Shown one piece after another: positions 21,808-35,793 of a DNA stretch of 37,894 nt. The translations under genes were made by a program, and so were the position numbers. The notes beneath the pieces are model-generated. The model was not told the DNA's origin, made no database searches, and worked only from the letters and a program-made list of their open reading frames with translations. Each line of letters starts with the position of its first letter. Position 1 is the first letter of the stretch. The stretch is from a virus (lineage: Duplodnaviria; Heunggongvirae; Uroviricota; Caudoviricetes): the IMG/VR virus record IMGVR_UViG_2606217109_000004, one strand, 5' to 3'.

Positions 21808-24361
21808 ACCGGTAGGCGATCTGGTCGTTGATTTGAGTCTGGATGCGGCCAGATTTGACGAGCAGATGGCCAGAGTCAGGCGTCATTTTTCCGGTACGGA
21901 AAGTGATGCGAAAAAAACAGCGGCAGTCGTTGAACAGTCGATGAACCGGCAGGCGCTGGCTGCACAGAAAGCGGGAATTTCCGTCGGGCAGTATAAAGCC
22001 GCCATGCGTATGCTGCCTGCGCAGTTCACTGACGTGGCCACGCAGCTTGCAGGCGGGCAAAGTCCGTGGCTGATCCTGCTGCAACAGGGGGGTCAGGTGA
22101 AGGACTCCTTCGGCGGGATGATCCCCATGTTCCGGGGGCTTGCCGGTGCGATCACCCTGCCGATGGTGGGGGCCACCTCGCTGGCGGTGGCGACCGGAGC
22201 GCTGGCGTATGCCTGGTATCAGGGCAACTCAACCCTGTCCGATTTCAACAAAACGCTGGTCCTTTCCGGCAATCAGGCGGGACTGACGGCAGATCGTATG
22301 CTGGTCCTGTCCAGAGCCGGGCAGGCGGCAGGGCTGACGTTTAACCAGACCAGCGAGTCACTCAGCGCACTGGTTAAGGCGGGGGTAAGCGGTGAGGCTC
22401 AGATTGCGTCCATCAGCCAGAGTGTGGCGCGTTTCTCCTCTGCATCCGGCGTGGAGGTGGACAAGGTCGCTGAAGCCTTCGGGAAGCTGACCACAGACCC
22501 GACGTCGGGGCTGACGGCGATGGCACGCCAGTTCCATAACGTGACGGCGGAGCAGATTGCGTATGTTGCTCAGTTGCAGCGTTCCGGCGATGAAGCCGGG
22601 GCATTGCAGGCGGCGAACGAGGCCGCAACGAAAGGGTTTGATGACCAGACCCGACGCCTGAAAGAGAACATGGGCACGCTGGAAACCTGGGCAGACAGGA
22701 CAGCACGGGCATTCAAATCCATGTGGGATGCGGTGCTGGATATTGGTCGTCCTGATACCGCTCAGGAGATGCTGATTAAGGCAGAGGCTGCGTTTAAGAA
22801 AGCAGACGACATCTGGAATCTGCGCAAGGATGATTATTTTGTTAACGATGAAGCGCGGGCGCGTTACTGGGATGATCGTGAAAAGGCCCGTCTTGCGCTT
22901 GAAGCCGCCCGAAAGAAGGCTGAGCAGCAGACTCAACAGGACAAAAATGCGCAGCAGCAGAGCGATACTGAAGCGTCACAGCTGAAATATACCGAAGAGG
23001 CGCAGAAGGCTTACGAACGGCTGCAGACGCCGCTGGAGAAATATACCGCCCGTCAGGAAGAACTGAACAAGGCACTGAAAGACGGGAAAATCCTGCAGAC
23101 GGATTACAACACGCTGATGGCGGCGGCGAAAAAGGATTATGAAGCGACGCTGAAAAAGCCGAAACAGTCCGGCGTGAAGGTGTCTGCGGGCGATCGTCAG
23201 GAAGACAGTGCTCATGCTGCCCTGCTGATGCTTCAGGCAGAACTCCGGACGCTGGAGAAGCATGCCGGAGCAAATGAGAAAATCAGCCAGCAGCGCCGGG
23301 ATTTGTGGAAGGCGGAGAGTCAGTTCGCGGTACTGGAGGAGGCGGCGCAACGTCGCCAGCTGTCTGCACAGGAGAAATCCCTGCTGGCGCATAAAGATGA
23401 GACGCTGGAGTACAAACGCCAGCTGGCTGCACTTGGCGACAAGGTTACGTATCAGGAGCGCCTGAACGCGCTGGCGCAGCAGGCGGATAAATTCGCACAG
23501 CAGCAACGGGCAAAACGGGCCGCCATTGATGCGAAAAGCCGGGGGCTGACTGACCGGCAGGCAGAACGGGAAGCCACGGAACAGCGCCTGAAGGAACAGT
23601 ATGGCGATAATCCGCTGGCGCTGAATAACGTCATGTCAGAGCAGAAAAAGACCTGGGCGGCTGAAGACCAGCTTCGCGGGAGCTGGATGGCAGGCCTGAA
23701 GTCCGGCTGGAGTGAGTGGGAAGAGAGCGCCACGGACAGTATGTCGCAGGTAAAAAGTGCAGCCACGCAGACCTTTGATGGTATTGCACAGAATATGGCG
23801 GCGATGCTGACCGGCAGTGAGCAGAACTGGCGCAGCTTCACCCGTTCCGTGCTGTCCATGATGACAGAAATTCTGCTTAAGCAGGCAATGGTGGGGATTG
23901 TCGGGAGTATCGGCAGCGCCATTGGCGGGGCTGTTGGTGGCGGCGCATCCGCGTCAGGCGGTACAGCCATTCAGGCCGCTGCGGCGAAATTCCATTTTGC
24001 AACCGGAGGATTTACGGGAACCGGCGGCAAATATGAGCCAGCGGGGATTGTTCACCGTGGTGAATTTGTCTTCACGAAGGAGGCAACCAGCCGGATTGGC
24101 GTGGGGAATCTTTACCGGCTGATGCGCGGCTATGCCACCGGCGGTTATGTCGGTACACCGGGCAGCATGGCAGACAGCCGGTCGCAGGCGTCCGGGACGT
24201 TTGAGCAGAATAACCATGTGGTGATTAACAACGACGGCACGAACGGGCAGATAGGTCCGGCTGCTCTGAAGGCGGTGTATGACATGGCCCGCAAGGGTGC
24301 CCGTGATGAAATTCAGACACAGATGCGTGATGGTGGCCTGTTCTCCGGAGGTGGACGATGA
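21800..24361 (+). CDS. H: Tail tape-measure protein H
   Basis: 853-aa translation matches lambda gpH. Confidence 0.95.
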   Translation: MAEPVGDLVVDLSLDAARFDEQMARVRRHFSGTESDAKKTAAVVEQSMNRQALAAQKAGISVGQYKAAMRMLPAQFTDVATQLAGGQSPWLILLQQGGQVKDSFGGMIPMFRGLAGAITLPMVGATSLAVATGALAYAWYQGNSTLSDFNKTLVLSGNQAGLTADRMLVLSRAGQAAGLTFNQTSESLSALVKAGVSGEAQIASISQSVARFSSASGVEVDKVAEAFGKLTTDPTSGLTAMARQFHNVTAEQIAYVAQLQRSGDEAGALQAANEAATKGFDDQTRRLKENMGTLETWADRTARAFKSMWDAVLDIGRPDTAQEMLIKAEAAFKKADDIWNLRKDDYFVNDEARARYWDDREKARLALEAARKKAEQQTQQDKNAQQQSDTEASQLKYTEEAQKAYERLQTPLEKYTARQEELNKALKDGKILQTDYNTLMAAAKKDYEATLKKPKQSGVKVSAGDRQEDSAHAALLMLQAELRTLEKHAGANEKISQQRRDLWKAESQFAVLEEAAQRRQLSAQEKSLLAHKDETLEYKRQLAALGDKVTYQERLNALAQQADKFAQQQRAKRAAIDAKSRGLTDRQAEREATEQRLKEQYGDNPLALNNVMSEQKKTWAAEDQLRGSWMAGLKSGWSEWEESATDSMSQVKSAATQTFDGIAQNMAAMLTGSEQNWRSFTRSVLSMMTEILLKQAMVGIVGSIGSAIGGAVGGGASASGGTAIQAAAAKFHFATGGFTGTGGKYEPAGIVHRGEFVFTKEATSRIGVGNLYRLMRGYATGGYVGTPGSMADSRSQASGTFEQNNHVVINNDGTNGQIGPAALKAVYDMARKGARDEIQTQMRDGGLFSGGGR

Positions 24362-24687
24362 AGACCTTCCGCTGGAAAGTGAAACCCGGTATGGATGTGG
24401 CTTCGGTCCCTTCTGTAAGAAAGGTGCGCTTTGGTGATGGCTATTCTCAGCGAGCGCCTGCCGGGCTGAATGCCAACCTGAAAACGTACAGCGTGACGCT
24501 TTCTGTCCCCCGTGAGGAGGCCACGGTACTGGAGTCGTTTCTGGAAGAGCACGGGGGCTGGAAATCCTTTCTGTGGACGCCGCCTTATGAGTGGCGGCAG
24601 ATAAAGGTGACCTGCGCAAAATGGTCGTCGCGGGTCAGTATGTTGCGTGTTGAGTTCAGCGCAGAGTTTGAACAGGTGGTGAACTGA
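24358..24687 (+). CDS. M: Minor tail protein M
   Basis: 109-aa translation matches lambda gpM. Confidence 0.9.
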   Translation: MKTFRWKVKPGMDVASVPSVRKVRFGDGYSQRAPAGLNANLKTYSVTLSVPREEATVLESFLEEHGGWKSFLWTPPYEWRQIKVTCAKWSSRVSMLRVEFSAEFEQVVN

Positions 24688-25385
24688 TGCAGGATATCCG
24701 GCAGGAAACACTGAATGAATGCACCCGTGCGGAGCAGTCGGCCAGCGTGGTGCTCTGGGAAATCGACCTGACAGAGGTCGGTGGAGAACGTTATTTTTTC
24801 TGTAATGAGCAGAACGAAAAAGGTGAGCCGGTCACCTGGCAGGGGCGACAGTATCAGCCGTATCCCATTCAGGGGAGCGGTTTTGAACTGAATGGCAAAG
24901 GCACCAGTATGCGCCCCACGCTGACGGTTTCTAACCTGTACGGTATGGTCACCGGGATGGCGGAAGATATGCAGAGTCTGGTCGGCGGAACGGTGGTCCG
25001 GCGTAAGGTTTACGCCCGTTTTCTGGATGCGGTGAACTTCGTCAACGGAAACAGTTACGCCGATCCGGAGCAGGAGGTGATCAGCCGCTGGCGCATTGAG
25101 CAGTGCAGCGAACTGAGCGCGGTGAGTGCCTCCTTTGTACTGTCCACGCCGACGGAAACGGATGGCGCTGTTTTTCCGGGACGTATCATGCTGGCCAACA
25201 CCTGCACCTGGACCTATCGCGGTGACGAGTGCGGTTATAGCGGTCCGGCTGTCGCGGATGAATATGACCAGCCAACGTCCGATATCACGAAGGATAAATG
25301 CAGCAAATGCCTGAGCGGTTGTAAGTTCCGCAATAACGTCGGCAACTTTGGCGGCTTCCTTTCCATTAACAAACTTTCGCAGTAA
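24687..25385 (+). CDS. L: Minor tail protein L
   Basis: 232-aa translation matches lambda gpL. Confidence 0.9.
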   Translation: MQDIRQETLNECTRAEQSASVVLWEIDLTEVGGERYFFCNEQNEKGEPVTWQGRQYQPYPIQGSGFELNGKGTSMRPTLTVSNLYGMVTGMAEDMQSLVGGTVVRRKVYARFLDAVNFVNGNSYADPEQEVISRWRIEQCSELSAVSASFVLSTPTETDGAVFPGRIMLANTCTWTYRGDECGYSGPAVADEYDQPTSDITKDKCSKCLSGCKFRNNVGNFGGFLSINKLSQ

Positions 25386-25390
25386 ATCCC

Positions 25391-26134
25391 ATGACACAGA
25401 CAGAATCAGCGATTCTGGCGCACGCCCGGCGATGTGCGCCAGCGGAGTCGTGCGGCTTCGTGGTAAGCACGCCGGAGGGGGAAAGATATTTTCCCTGCGT
25501 GAATATCTCCGGTGAGCCGGAGGCGTATTTCCGTATGTCGCCGGAAGACTGGCTGCAGGCAGAAATGCAGGGTGAGATTGTGGCGCTGGTCCACAGCCAC
25601 CCCGGTGGTCTGCCCTGGCTGAGTGAGGCCGACCGGCGGCTGCAGGTGCAGAGTGATTTGCCGTGGTGGCTGGTCTGCCGGGGGACGATTCATAAGTTCC
25701 GCTGTGTGCCGCATCTCACCGGGCGGCGCTTTGAGCACGGTGTGACGGACTGTTACACACTGTTCCGGGATGCTTATCATCTGGCGGGGATTGAGATGCC
25801 GGACTTTTATCGTGAGGATGACTGGTGGCGTAACGGCCAGAATCTCTATCTGGATAATCTGGAGGCGACGGGGCTGTATCAGGTGCCGTTGTCAGCGGCA
25901 CAGCCGGGCGATGTGCTGCTGTGCTGTTTTGGTTCATCAGTGCCGAATCACGCCGCAATTTACTGCGGCGACGGCGAGCTGCTGCACCATATTCCTGAAC
26001 AACTGAGCAAACGAGAGAGGTACACCGACAAATGGCAGCGACGCACACACTCCCTCTGGCGTCACCGGGCATGGCGCGCATCTGCCTTTACGGGGATTTA
26101 CAACGATTTGGTCGCCGCATCGACCTTCGTGTGA
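25391..26134 (+). CDS. K: Tail tip assembly protein K (JAMM/MPN plus NlpC/P60-like domains)
   Basis: 247-aa ORF matching lambda gpK; HSHP metalloprotease-like motif; 48 codons longer at the N-terminus than the classical 199-aa annotation (internal Met at 25535). Confidence 0.85.
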   Translation: MTQTESAILAHARRCAPAESCGFVVSTPEGERYFPCVNISGEPEAYFRMSPEDWLQAEMQGEIVALVHSHPGGLPWLSEADRRLQVQSDLPWWLVCRGTIHKFRCVPHLTGRRFEHGVTDCYTLFRDAYHLAGIEMPDFYREDDWWRNGQNLYLDNLEATGLYQVPLSAAQPGDVLLCCFGSSVPNHAAIYCGDGELLHHIPEQLSKRERYTDKWQRRTHSLWRHRAWRASAFTGIYNDLVAASTFV

Positions 26135-26703
26135 AAACGGGGGCTGAAGCCATCCGGGCACTGGCCACACAGCTCCCGGCGTTTCGTCAGAAACTGAGCG
26201 ACGGCTGGTATCAGGTACGGATTGCCGGGCGGGACGTCAGCACGTCCGGGTTAACGGCGCAGTTACATGAGACTCTGCCTGATGGCGCTGTGATTCATAT
26301 TGTTCCCAGAGTCGCCGGGGCCAAGTCAGGTGGCGTATTCCAGATTGTCCTGGGGGCTGCCGCCATTGCCGGATCATTCTTTACCGCCGGAGCCACCCTT
26401 GCAGCATGGGGGGCAGCCATTGGGACCGGTGGTATGACCGGCATCCTGTTTTCTCTCGGTGCCAGTATGGTGCTCGGTGGTGTGGCGCAGATGCTGGCAC
26501 CGAAAGCCAGAACTCCCCGTACACAGACAACGGATAACGGTAAGCAGAACACCTATTTCTCCTCACTGGATAACATGGTTGCCCAGGGCAATGTTCTGCC
26601 TGTTCTGTACGGGGAAATGCGCGTGGGGTCTCGCGTGGTTTCTCAGGAGATCAGCACGGCAGACGAAGGGGACGGTGGTCAGGTTGTGGTGATTGGTCGC
26701 TGA
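26032..26703 (+). CDS. I: Tail tip assembly protein I
   Basis: 223-aa translation matches lambda gpI; overlaps K 3' end. Confidence 0.9.
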   Translation: MAATHTLPLASPGMARICLYGDLQRFGRRIDLRVKTGAEAIRALATQLPAFRQKLSDGWYQVRIAGRDVSTSGLTAQLHETLPDGAVIHIVPRVAGAKSGGVFQIVLGAAAIAGSFFTAGATLAAWGAAIGTGGMTGILFSLGASMVLGGVAQMLAPKARTPRTQTTDNGKQNTYFSSLDNMVAQGNVLPVLYGEMRVGSRVVSQEISTADEGDGGQVVVIGR

Positions 26704-26760
26704 TGCAAAATGTTTTATGTGAAACCGCCTGCGGGCGGTTTTGTCATTTATGGAGCGTGA

Positions 26761-30162
<3,402 letters not shown>

Positions 30163-30228
30163 ATTTTATAACCCAGAACGGGCGTCAGAAATGACGCCTT
30201 TTTTATTGCAGAAAAGCGAGAGGTAATT

Positions 30229-30828
30229 ATGCGTAAACTTTATGCCGCCATTTTGTCCGCAGCCATTTGTCTGGCCGTATCCGGTGCGCCTGCATGGGCG
30301 TCTGAACATCAGTCCACGCTGAGCGCGGGGTATCTTCATGCCTTGACGAACGTTCCCGGCAGCGATGATCTTAACGGGATTAACGTGAAATACCGTTATG
30401 AGTTTACGGACACACTGGGGCTGGTGACGTCATTCAGCTATGCAGGAGACAAGAATCGCCAGCTTACCCGTTACAGCGATACCCGCTGGCATGAAGATTC
30501 AGTGCGTAACCGCTGGTTCAGCGTGATGGCGGGGCCGTCTGTGCGCGTGAATGAATGGTTCAGCGCGTATGCGATGGCGGGTATGGCTTACAGCCGTGTT
30601 TCGACTTTCTCCGGGAATTATCTCCGCGTAACTGACAACAAGGGGAAAACGCACGACGTGCTGACCGGAAGTGATGACGGTCGCCACAGCAACACGTCTC
30701 TGGCGTGGGGGGCTGGCGTGCAGTTTAACCCGACCGAATCCGTGGCCATTGATATTGCTTATGAAGGCTCCGGCAGTGGTGACTGGCGCACTGACGGTTT
30801 CATCGTGGGTGTCGGTTATAAATTCTGA
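30229..30828 (+). CDS. lom: Lom outer-membrane protein (Ail/Lom family beta-barrel)
   Basis: 199-aa ORF with signal peptide ([24 protein letters not shown]) and C-terminal ...GVGYKF; matches lambda Lom. Confidence 0.9.
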   Translation: MRKLYAAILSAAICLAVSGAPAWASEHQSTLSAGYLHALTNVPGSDDLNGINVKYRYEFTDTLGLVTSFSYAGDKNRQLTRYSDTRWHEDSVRNRWFSVMAGPSVRVNEWFSAYAMAGMAYSRVSTFSGNYLRVTDNKGKTHDVLTGSDDGRHSNTSLAWGAGVQFNPTESVAIDIAYEGSGSGDWRTDGFIVGVGYKF

Positions 30829-30886
30829 TTAGCCAGGTAACACAGTGTTATGACAGCCCGCCGGTTCAGGCGGGCTTTTTTGTGGG

Positions 30887-33800
30887 GTGAATATGGCAGT
30901 AAAGATTTCAGGTGTACTGAAAGACGGCACAGGAAAACCGGTACAGAACTGCACAATCCAGCTGAAAGCAAAACGTAACAGCACCACGGTGGTGGTGAAC
31001 ACGCTGGCCTCAGAAAATCCGGATGAAGCCGGGCGTTACAGCATGGACGTTGAGTACGGGCAGTACAGCGTTATTCTGTTGGTGGAGGGATTCCCGCCGT
31101 CACATGCCGGGACCATCACCGTGTATGAAGATTCCCGACCCGGTACGCTGAATGATTTTCTCGGTGCCATGACGGAGGATGATGCCCGTCCTGAGGCACT
31201 GCGCCGTTTTGAACTGATGGTGGAAGAGGTGGCGCGTAACGCGTCCGCGGTGGCACAGAACACGGCAGCCGCGAAGAAGTCAGCCAGCGATGCCGGCACA
31301 TCAGCCCGTGAGGCGGCAACCCATGCGACTGATGCTGCAGGCTCAGCAAGCGCAGCCAGCACGTCAGCCGGACAGGCCGCGTCGTCGGCTCAGTCAGCAT
31401 CTTCCAGCGCAGGAACGGCATCAACAAAGGCCAGTGAAGCATCGAAAAGTGCTGCTGCTGCAGAGTCCTCAAAAAGCGCGGCAGCTACCAGTGCCGCTGC
31501 GGCGAAAACGTCAGAAACGAATGCGGCAGCGTCACAACAATCAGCAGCCACTTCTGCATCCGCCGCGACCACGAAGGCGTCAGAAGCAGCCACCTCAGCC
31601 CGGGATGCGGCGGCCTCAAAAGAGGCAGCGAAATCATCAGAAACGAACGCATCCTCGAGCGCCAGTAGTGCCGCTTCCTCGGCAACGGCGGCAGGCAATT
31701 CCGCGAAGGCGGCAAAGACGTCTGAGACAAACGCCAGGTCTTCTGAAACGGCAGCGGAACAGAGTGCCTCAGCTGCGGCAGGCTCAAAAACAGCGGCTGC
31801 GTCGTCTGCCAGTGCAGCGTCAACAAGTGCCGGGCAGGCCTCAGCCAGTGCCACCGCCGCCGGAAAATCGGCAGAAAGCGCCGCATCGTCTGCTTCAACA
31901 GCCACAACGAAGGCTGGCGAAGCCACTGAACAGGCCAGCGCAGCAGCGAGGTCTGCTTCCGCAGCGAAGACATCCGAAACGAACGCGAAAGCGTCGGAAA
32001 CCAGCGCAGAATCCTCAAAAACGGCTGCCGCATCGTCAGCCAGTTCGGCGGCGTCATCGGCATCATCGGCGTCTGCTTCAAAAGATGAGGCGACCAGACA
32101 AGCGTCAGCAGCGAAGAGCAGCGCCACGACGGCATCCACGAAGGCGACAGAGGCTGCTGGCAGTGCGACGGCGGCAGCTCAGAGCAAAAGTACGGCGGAA
32201 TCCGCGGCAACGCGCGCCGAGACAGCAGCTAAACGGGCAGAGGATATTGCATCCGCCGTGGCGCTTGAGGATGCAAGTACGACGAAAAAGGGGATAGTAC
32301 AGCTCAGCAGTGCGACCAACAGTACGTCTGAAACGCTGGCGGCAACGCCAAAGGCAGTAAAATCAGCCTATGACAATGCAGAGAAACGTCTGCAGAAAGA
32401 CCAGAACGGCGCTGATATACCCGATAAGGGATGCTTCCTGAACAACATTAACGCGGTCAGTAAAACAGACTTTGCTGATAAGCGTGGTATGCGTTATGTG
32501 CGGGTTAACGCTCCTGCAGGTGCAACATCTGGAAAATATTACCCTGTTGTTGTTATGCGTTCTGCTGGCTCAGTAAGCGAACTGGCATCAAGAGTCATTA
32601 TCACCACGGCAACGCGAACCGCAGGCGATCCGATGAATAACTGCGAGTTTAACGGATTTGTTATGCCTGGTGGCTGGACTGACAGGGGGCGTTATGCTTA
32701 TGGAATGTTCTGGCAATATCAAAACAATGAACGAGCCATTCACTCAATAATGATGAGTAATAAGGGCGATGATTTGCGCTCTGTGTTCTATGTTGATGGC
32801 GCTGCTTTCCCTGTTTTTGCGTTTATTGAAGATGGCCTGTCAATATCCGCACCTGGTGCTGATCTCGTTGTTAATGATACGACCTATAAGTTTGGGGCAA
32901 CAAATCCGGCGACTGAATGTATCGCGGCGGACGTTATCCTTGATTTTAAGAGTGGGCGTGGTTTTTATGAGTCTCATTCGTTAATCGTTAACGATAACTT
33001 GTCGTGCAAAAAACTTTTTGCCACAGACGAAATTGTAGCGCGTGGTGGTAATCAGATTCGAATGATAGGTGGGGAGTATGGGGCATTATGGCGTAATGAT
33101 GGCGCTAAAACTTACCTGCTGCTTACCAATCAAGGTGATGCTTATGGTGGCTGGAATACATTAAGACCGTTTGCTATTGATAACGCAACCGGCGAACTGG
33201 TTATTGGAACCAAACTGTCCGCAAGTCTGAACGGTAATGCATTAACAGCAACAAAGCTGCAAACGCCAAGACGGGTTTCTGGTGTTGAGTTTGATGGTTC
33301 CAAAGATATTACTTTAACCGCCGCGCATGTGGCTGCTTTTGCCAGAAGGGCAACGGATACATATGCCGATGCGGATGGGGGCGTTCCCTGGAATGCCGAA
33401 TCAGGCGCTTATAAGGTCACCCGCTCTGGCGACAGCTATATTCTGGTTAACTTCTATACCGGAGTCGGAAGTTGCCGGACCTTGCAGATGAAGGCGCATT
33501 ACAGAAATGGTGGTCTGTTCTACCGTTCTTCAAGAGACGGTTATGGTTTTGAGGAAGACTGGGCAGAAGTTTATACCTCGAAAAATCTTCCACCAGAAAG
33601 CTACCCAGTCGGTGCACCAATCCCGTGGCCATCAGATACCGTTCCGTCTGGTTATGCCCTGATGCAGGGGCAGACTTTTGACAAATCTGCTTACCCGAAA
33701 CTTGCAGTTGCTTATCCGTCAGGCGTGATCCCTGATATGCGTGGCTGGACGATTAAGGGCAAACCTGCCAGTGGTCGGGCCGTATTGTCTCAGGAACAGG

Positions 33801-34291
33801 ACGGCATTAAATCGCATACCCACAGCGCCAGCGCATCCAGTACGGATTTGGGGACGAAAACCACATCGTCGTTTGATTACGGCACTAAATCCACGAATAA
33901 CACTGGTGCGCATACCCATAGTTTAAGTGGCAGCACGAATGCAGCTGGTAATCACAGCCATAGAGATGGCCGTCGATTTAACCCCAGTGTTTTTAAAGAT
34001 ACTTATCAATATGGTTATACAAGCTCAGGTCAAAATACCTGGGGTGTACAAGGCTCAGTAGGTATGTCTACGGGGTGGTTAGCTAATACCAGTACAGATG
34101 GTAATCATAGCCACTCACTGTCCGGCACAGCAGCATCTGCAGGTGCACACGCGCATACTGTCGGTATTGGTGCTCATACGCACTCCGTTGCGATTGGTTC
34201 ACATGGACACACCATCACCGTTAACGCTGCTGGTAACGCGGAAAACACCGTCAAAAACATCGCATTTAACTATATTGTGAGGCTTGCATAA
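30887..34291 (+). CDS. stf: Side tail fibre protein Stf, enlarged mosaic form
   Basis: N-terminus ([29 protein letters not shown]...) and C-terminal His-rich receptor-binding region match lambda Stf; central part is a long Ala/Ser/Thr-rich repeat tract plus a divergent lower-GC domain. Confidence 0.9.
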   Translation: MNMAVKISGVLKDGTGKPVQNCTIQLKAKRNSTTVVVNTLASENPDEAGRYSMDVEYGQYSVILLVEGFPPSHAGTITVYEDSRPGTLNDFLGAMTEDDARPEALRRFELMVEEVARNASAVAQNTAAAKKSASDAGTSAREAATHATDAAGSASAASTSAGQAASSAQSASSSAGTASTKASEASKSAAAAESSKSAAATSAAAAKTSETNAAASQQSAATSASAATTKASEAATSARDAAASKEAAKSSETNASSSASSAASSATAAGNSAKAAKTSETNARSSETAAEQSASAAAGSKTAAASSASAASTSAGQASASATAAGKSAESAASSASTATTKAGEATEQASAAARSASAAKTSETNAKASETSAESSKTAAASSASSAASSASSASASKDEATRQASAAKSSATTASTKATEAAGSATAAAQSKSTAESAATRAETAAKRAEDIASAVALEDASTTKKGIVQLSSATNSTSETLAATPKAVKSAYDNAEKRLQKDQNGADIPDKGCFLNNINAVSKTDFADKRGMRYVRVNAPAGATSGKYYPVVVMRSAGSVSELASRVIITTATRTAGDPMNNCEFNGFVMPGGWTDRGRYAYGMFWQYQNNERAIHSIMMSNKGDDLRSVFYVDGAAFPVFAFIEDGLSISAPGADLVVNDTTYKFGATNPATECIAADVILDFKSGRGFYESHSLIVNDNLSCKKLFATDEIVARGGNQIRMIGGEYGALWRNDGAKTYLLLTNQGDAYGGWNTLRPFAIDNATGELVIGTKLSASLNGNALTATKLQTPRRVSGVEFDGSKDITLTAAHVAAFARRATDTYADADGGVPWNAESGAYKVTRSGDSYILVNFYTGVGSCRTLQMKAHYRNGGLFYRSSRDGYGFEEDWAEVYTSKNLPPESYPVGAPIPWPSDTVPSGYALMQGQTFDKSAYPKLAVAYPSGVIPDMRGWTIKGKPASGRAVLSQEQDGIKSHTHSASASSTDLGTKTTSSFDYGTKSTNNTGAHTHSLSGSTNAAGNHSHRDGRRFNPSVFKDTYQYGYTSSGQNTWGVQGSVGMSTGWLANTSTDGNHSHSLSGTAASAGAHAHTVGIGAHTHSVAIGSHGHTITVNAAGNAENTVKNIAFNYIVRLA

Positions 34292-34872
34292 TGGCATTCA
34301 GAATGAGTGAACAACCACGGACCATAAAAATTTATAATCTGCTGGCCGGAACTAATGAATTTATTGGTGAAGGTGACGCATATATTCCGCCTCATACAGG
34401 TCTGCCAGCAAACAGTACCGATATTGCACCGCCAGATATTCCGGCTGGCTTTGTGGCTGTTTTCAACAGTGATGAGGCATCGTGGCATCTCGTTGAAGAT
34501 CATCGGGGAAAAACCGTCTATGACGTGGCTTCCGGCGACGCGTTATTTATTTCTGAACTTGGCTCGTTACCGGAAAATGTCACCTGGTTATCGCCGGAAG
34601 GGGAATATCAGAAGTGGAACGGCACAGCCTGGGTGAAGGATACGGAAGCAGAAAAACTGTTCCGGATCCGGGAGGCGGAAGAAACAAAAAACAACCTGAT
34701 GCAGGTAGCCAGTGAGCATATTGCGCCACTTCAGGATGCTGCAGATCTGGAAATCGCAACGGAGGAAGAAAACTCGTTGCTGGAATCCTGGAAAAAGTAT
34801 CGGGTGTTGCTGAACCGTGTTAATACAACAACTGCACCGGATATTGAATGGCCAGTAGCACCTATAGGGTAA
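34291..34872 (+). CDS. tfa: Tail fibre assembly protein Tfa
   Basis: 193-aa translation matches lambda Tfa ([37 protein letters not shown]...). Confidence 0.9.
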   Translation: MAFRMSEQPRTIKIYNLLAGTNEFIGEGDAYIPPHTGLPANSTDIAPPDIPAGFVAVFNSDEASWHLVEDHRGKTVYDVASGDALFISELGSLPENVTWLSPEGEYQKWNGTAWVKDTEAEKLFRIREAEETKNNLMQVASEHIAPLQDAADLEIATEEENSLLESWKKYRVLLNRVNTTTAPDIEWPVAPIG

Positions 34873-34965
34873 ATTCGTAATGATTACCTAAATACGTTAT
34901 TCTTTTGTTCAAAAAGTGATTTTGCTATAGGTAAGGAGTATGTTCTTGGATTAAGAATAAAAAAT

Positions 34966-34988
34966 CGCCATGAAAGAGCTTCATGGCG
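34966..34988 (-). terminator. Rho-independent terminator for a leftward transcript coming from the AT-rich spacer
   Basis: Perfect 9-bp stem CGCCATGAA / TTCATGGCG with 5-nt loop; on the minus strand it is followed by ATTTTTTATT. Confidence 0.5.
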
Positions 34989-35731
34989 AGTACATAAACG
35001 TACAAAATGTGATGAAAGTAGAGTGGCGTAAGCCACTATATTAAGATATGACAATAGCGAAGAAAAGTAAATAACATTTTATGGACGTTTAATTGTTAAT
35101 TATAAAAACTAGAGTGCCCGATATTGTTTATCTTGCTTTAAAATAATGTACTCAAACCAAATTTTTGAGCTAAAAGCTCAAATAATATAAATGCAATGAT
35201 AATGTTTAATAAGACAATTAGCTTGCTTTGTATTTTCATTTCGGAATACTGTTAAGTAACTTTGATGACCCTAACAATAGATCGGAATTTTCTTAGAGTC
35301 AATGGTCACTGTTTTTGCTTGCAAAGCAAATGTTTTGGTGGTTATAAGTTGTCTTAATATAGTCACGCATGCAACTTGTTCCATGCGGAGATTAAAGATT
35401 GGAATATAACGCGAAGATGGAATTAAATTACATTTGCAATAATCAATTTATTATTACTCAATAATTACCGATATTATTATTGTAAATTAATCATTAGAGT
35501 GCAAAAAGAAATGTAACGGCAAAATAAGAGGACGATAGCTGAGAAAAAAGCGTGCTTTCCCAATCTGGGGCAAATCACGTCTGAATGACACCTGAAAACA
35601 GGTGGTAGCCTCAAGAAGGCTTGGAATATTCTTCTTTAATGTTATGTAATTCATTGATTTTTCGTGTACGATTTTAAGACATTTATTCCAAGAAAAATTT
35701 TTAACTCTTTGATTTTTAGACTCTGTATCAT

Positions 35732-35793
35732 CGGTCTCGAAAACCGGAGTGGGGGCAACTCTACCGGGGGTTCAAATCCCCCTCTCTCCGCCA
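35732..35793 (+). other. 3' fragment (anticodon loop to CCA) of a tRNA-Ser(CGA) gene: candidate att core / prophage boundary
   Basis: CGGTCTCGAAAACCGGAGTGGGGGCAACTCTACCGGGGGTTCAAATCCCCCTCTCTCCGCCA equals the 3' ~62 nt of E. coli serU-type tRNA-Ser as I remember it (one mismatch); the 5' half of the tRNA is absent and replaced by AT-rich DNA. Confidence 0.75.

Noticed and set aside
22358-24711. Several 100-220-aa minus-strand ORFs inside tape-measure gene H, and similar ones inside A, B, C, E and L
   Set aside because: Antisense to strongly supported structural genes; no recognisable domains; expected by chance in high-GC coding DNA.
31290-32297. 335-aa Arg-rich ORF (+) and 249-aa Ala/Asp-rich ORF (-, 31390-32139) overlapping stf
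   Set aside because: Both fall within the Ala/Ser-rich repeat tract of stf, whose periodic GC-rich codons keep alternative frames open; treated as frame artefacts of the repeat, not genes.
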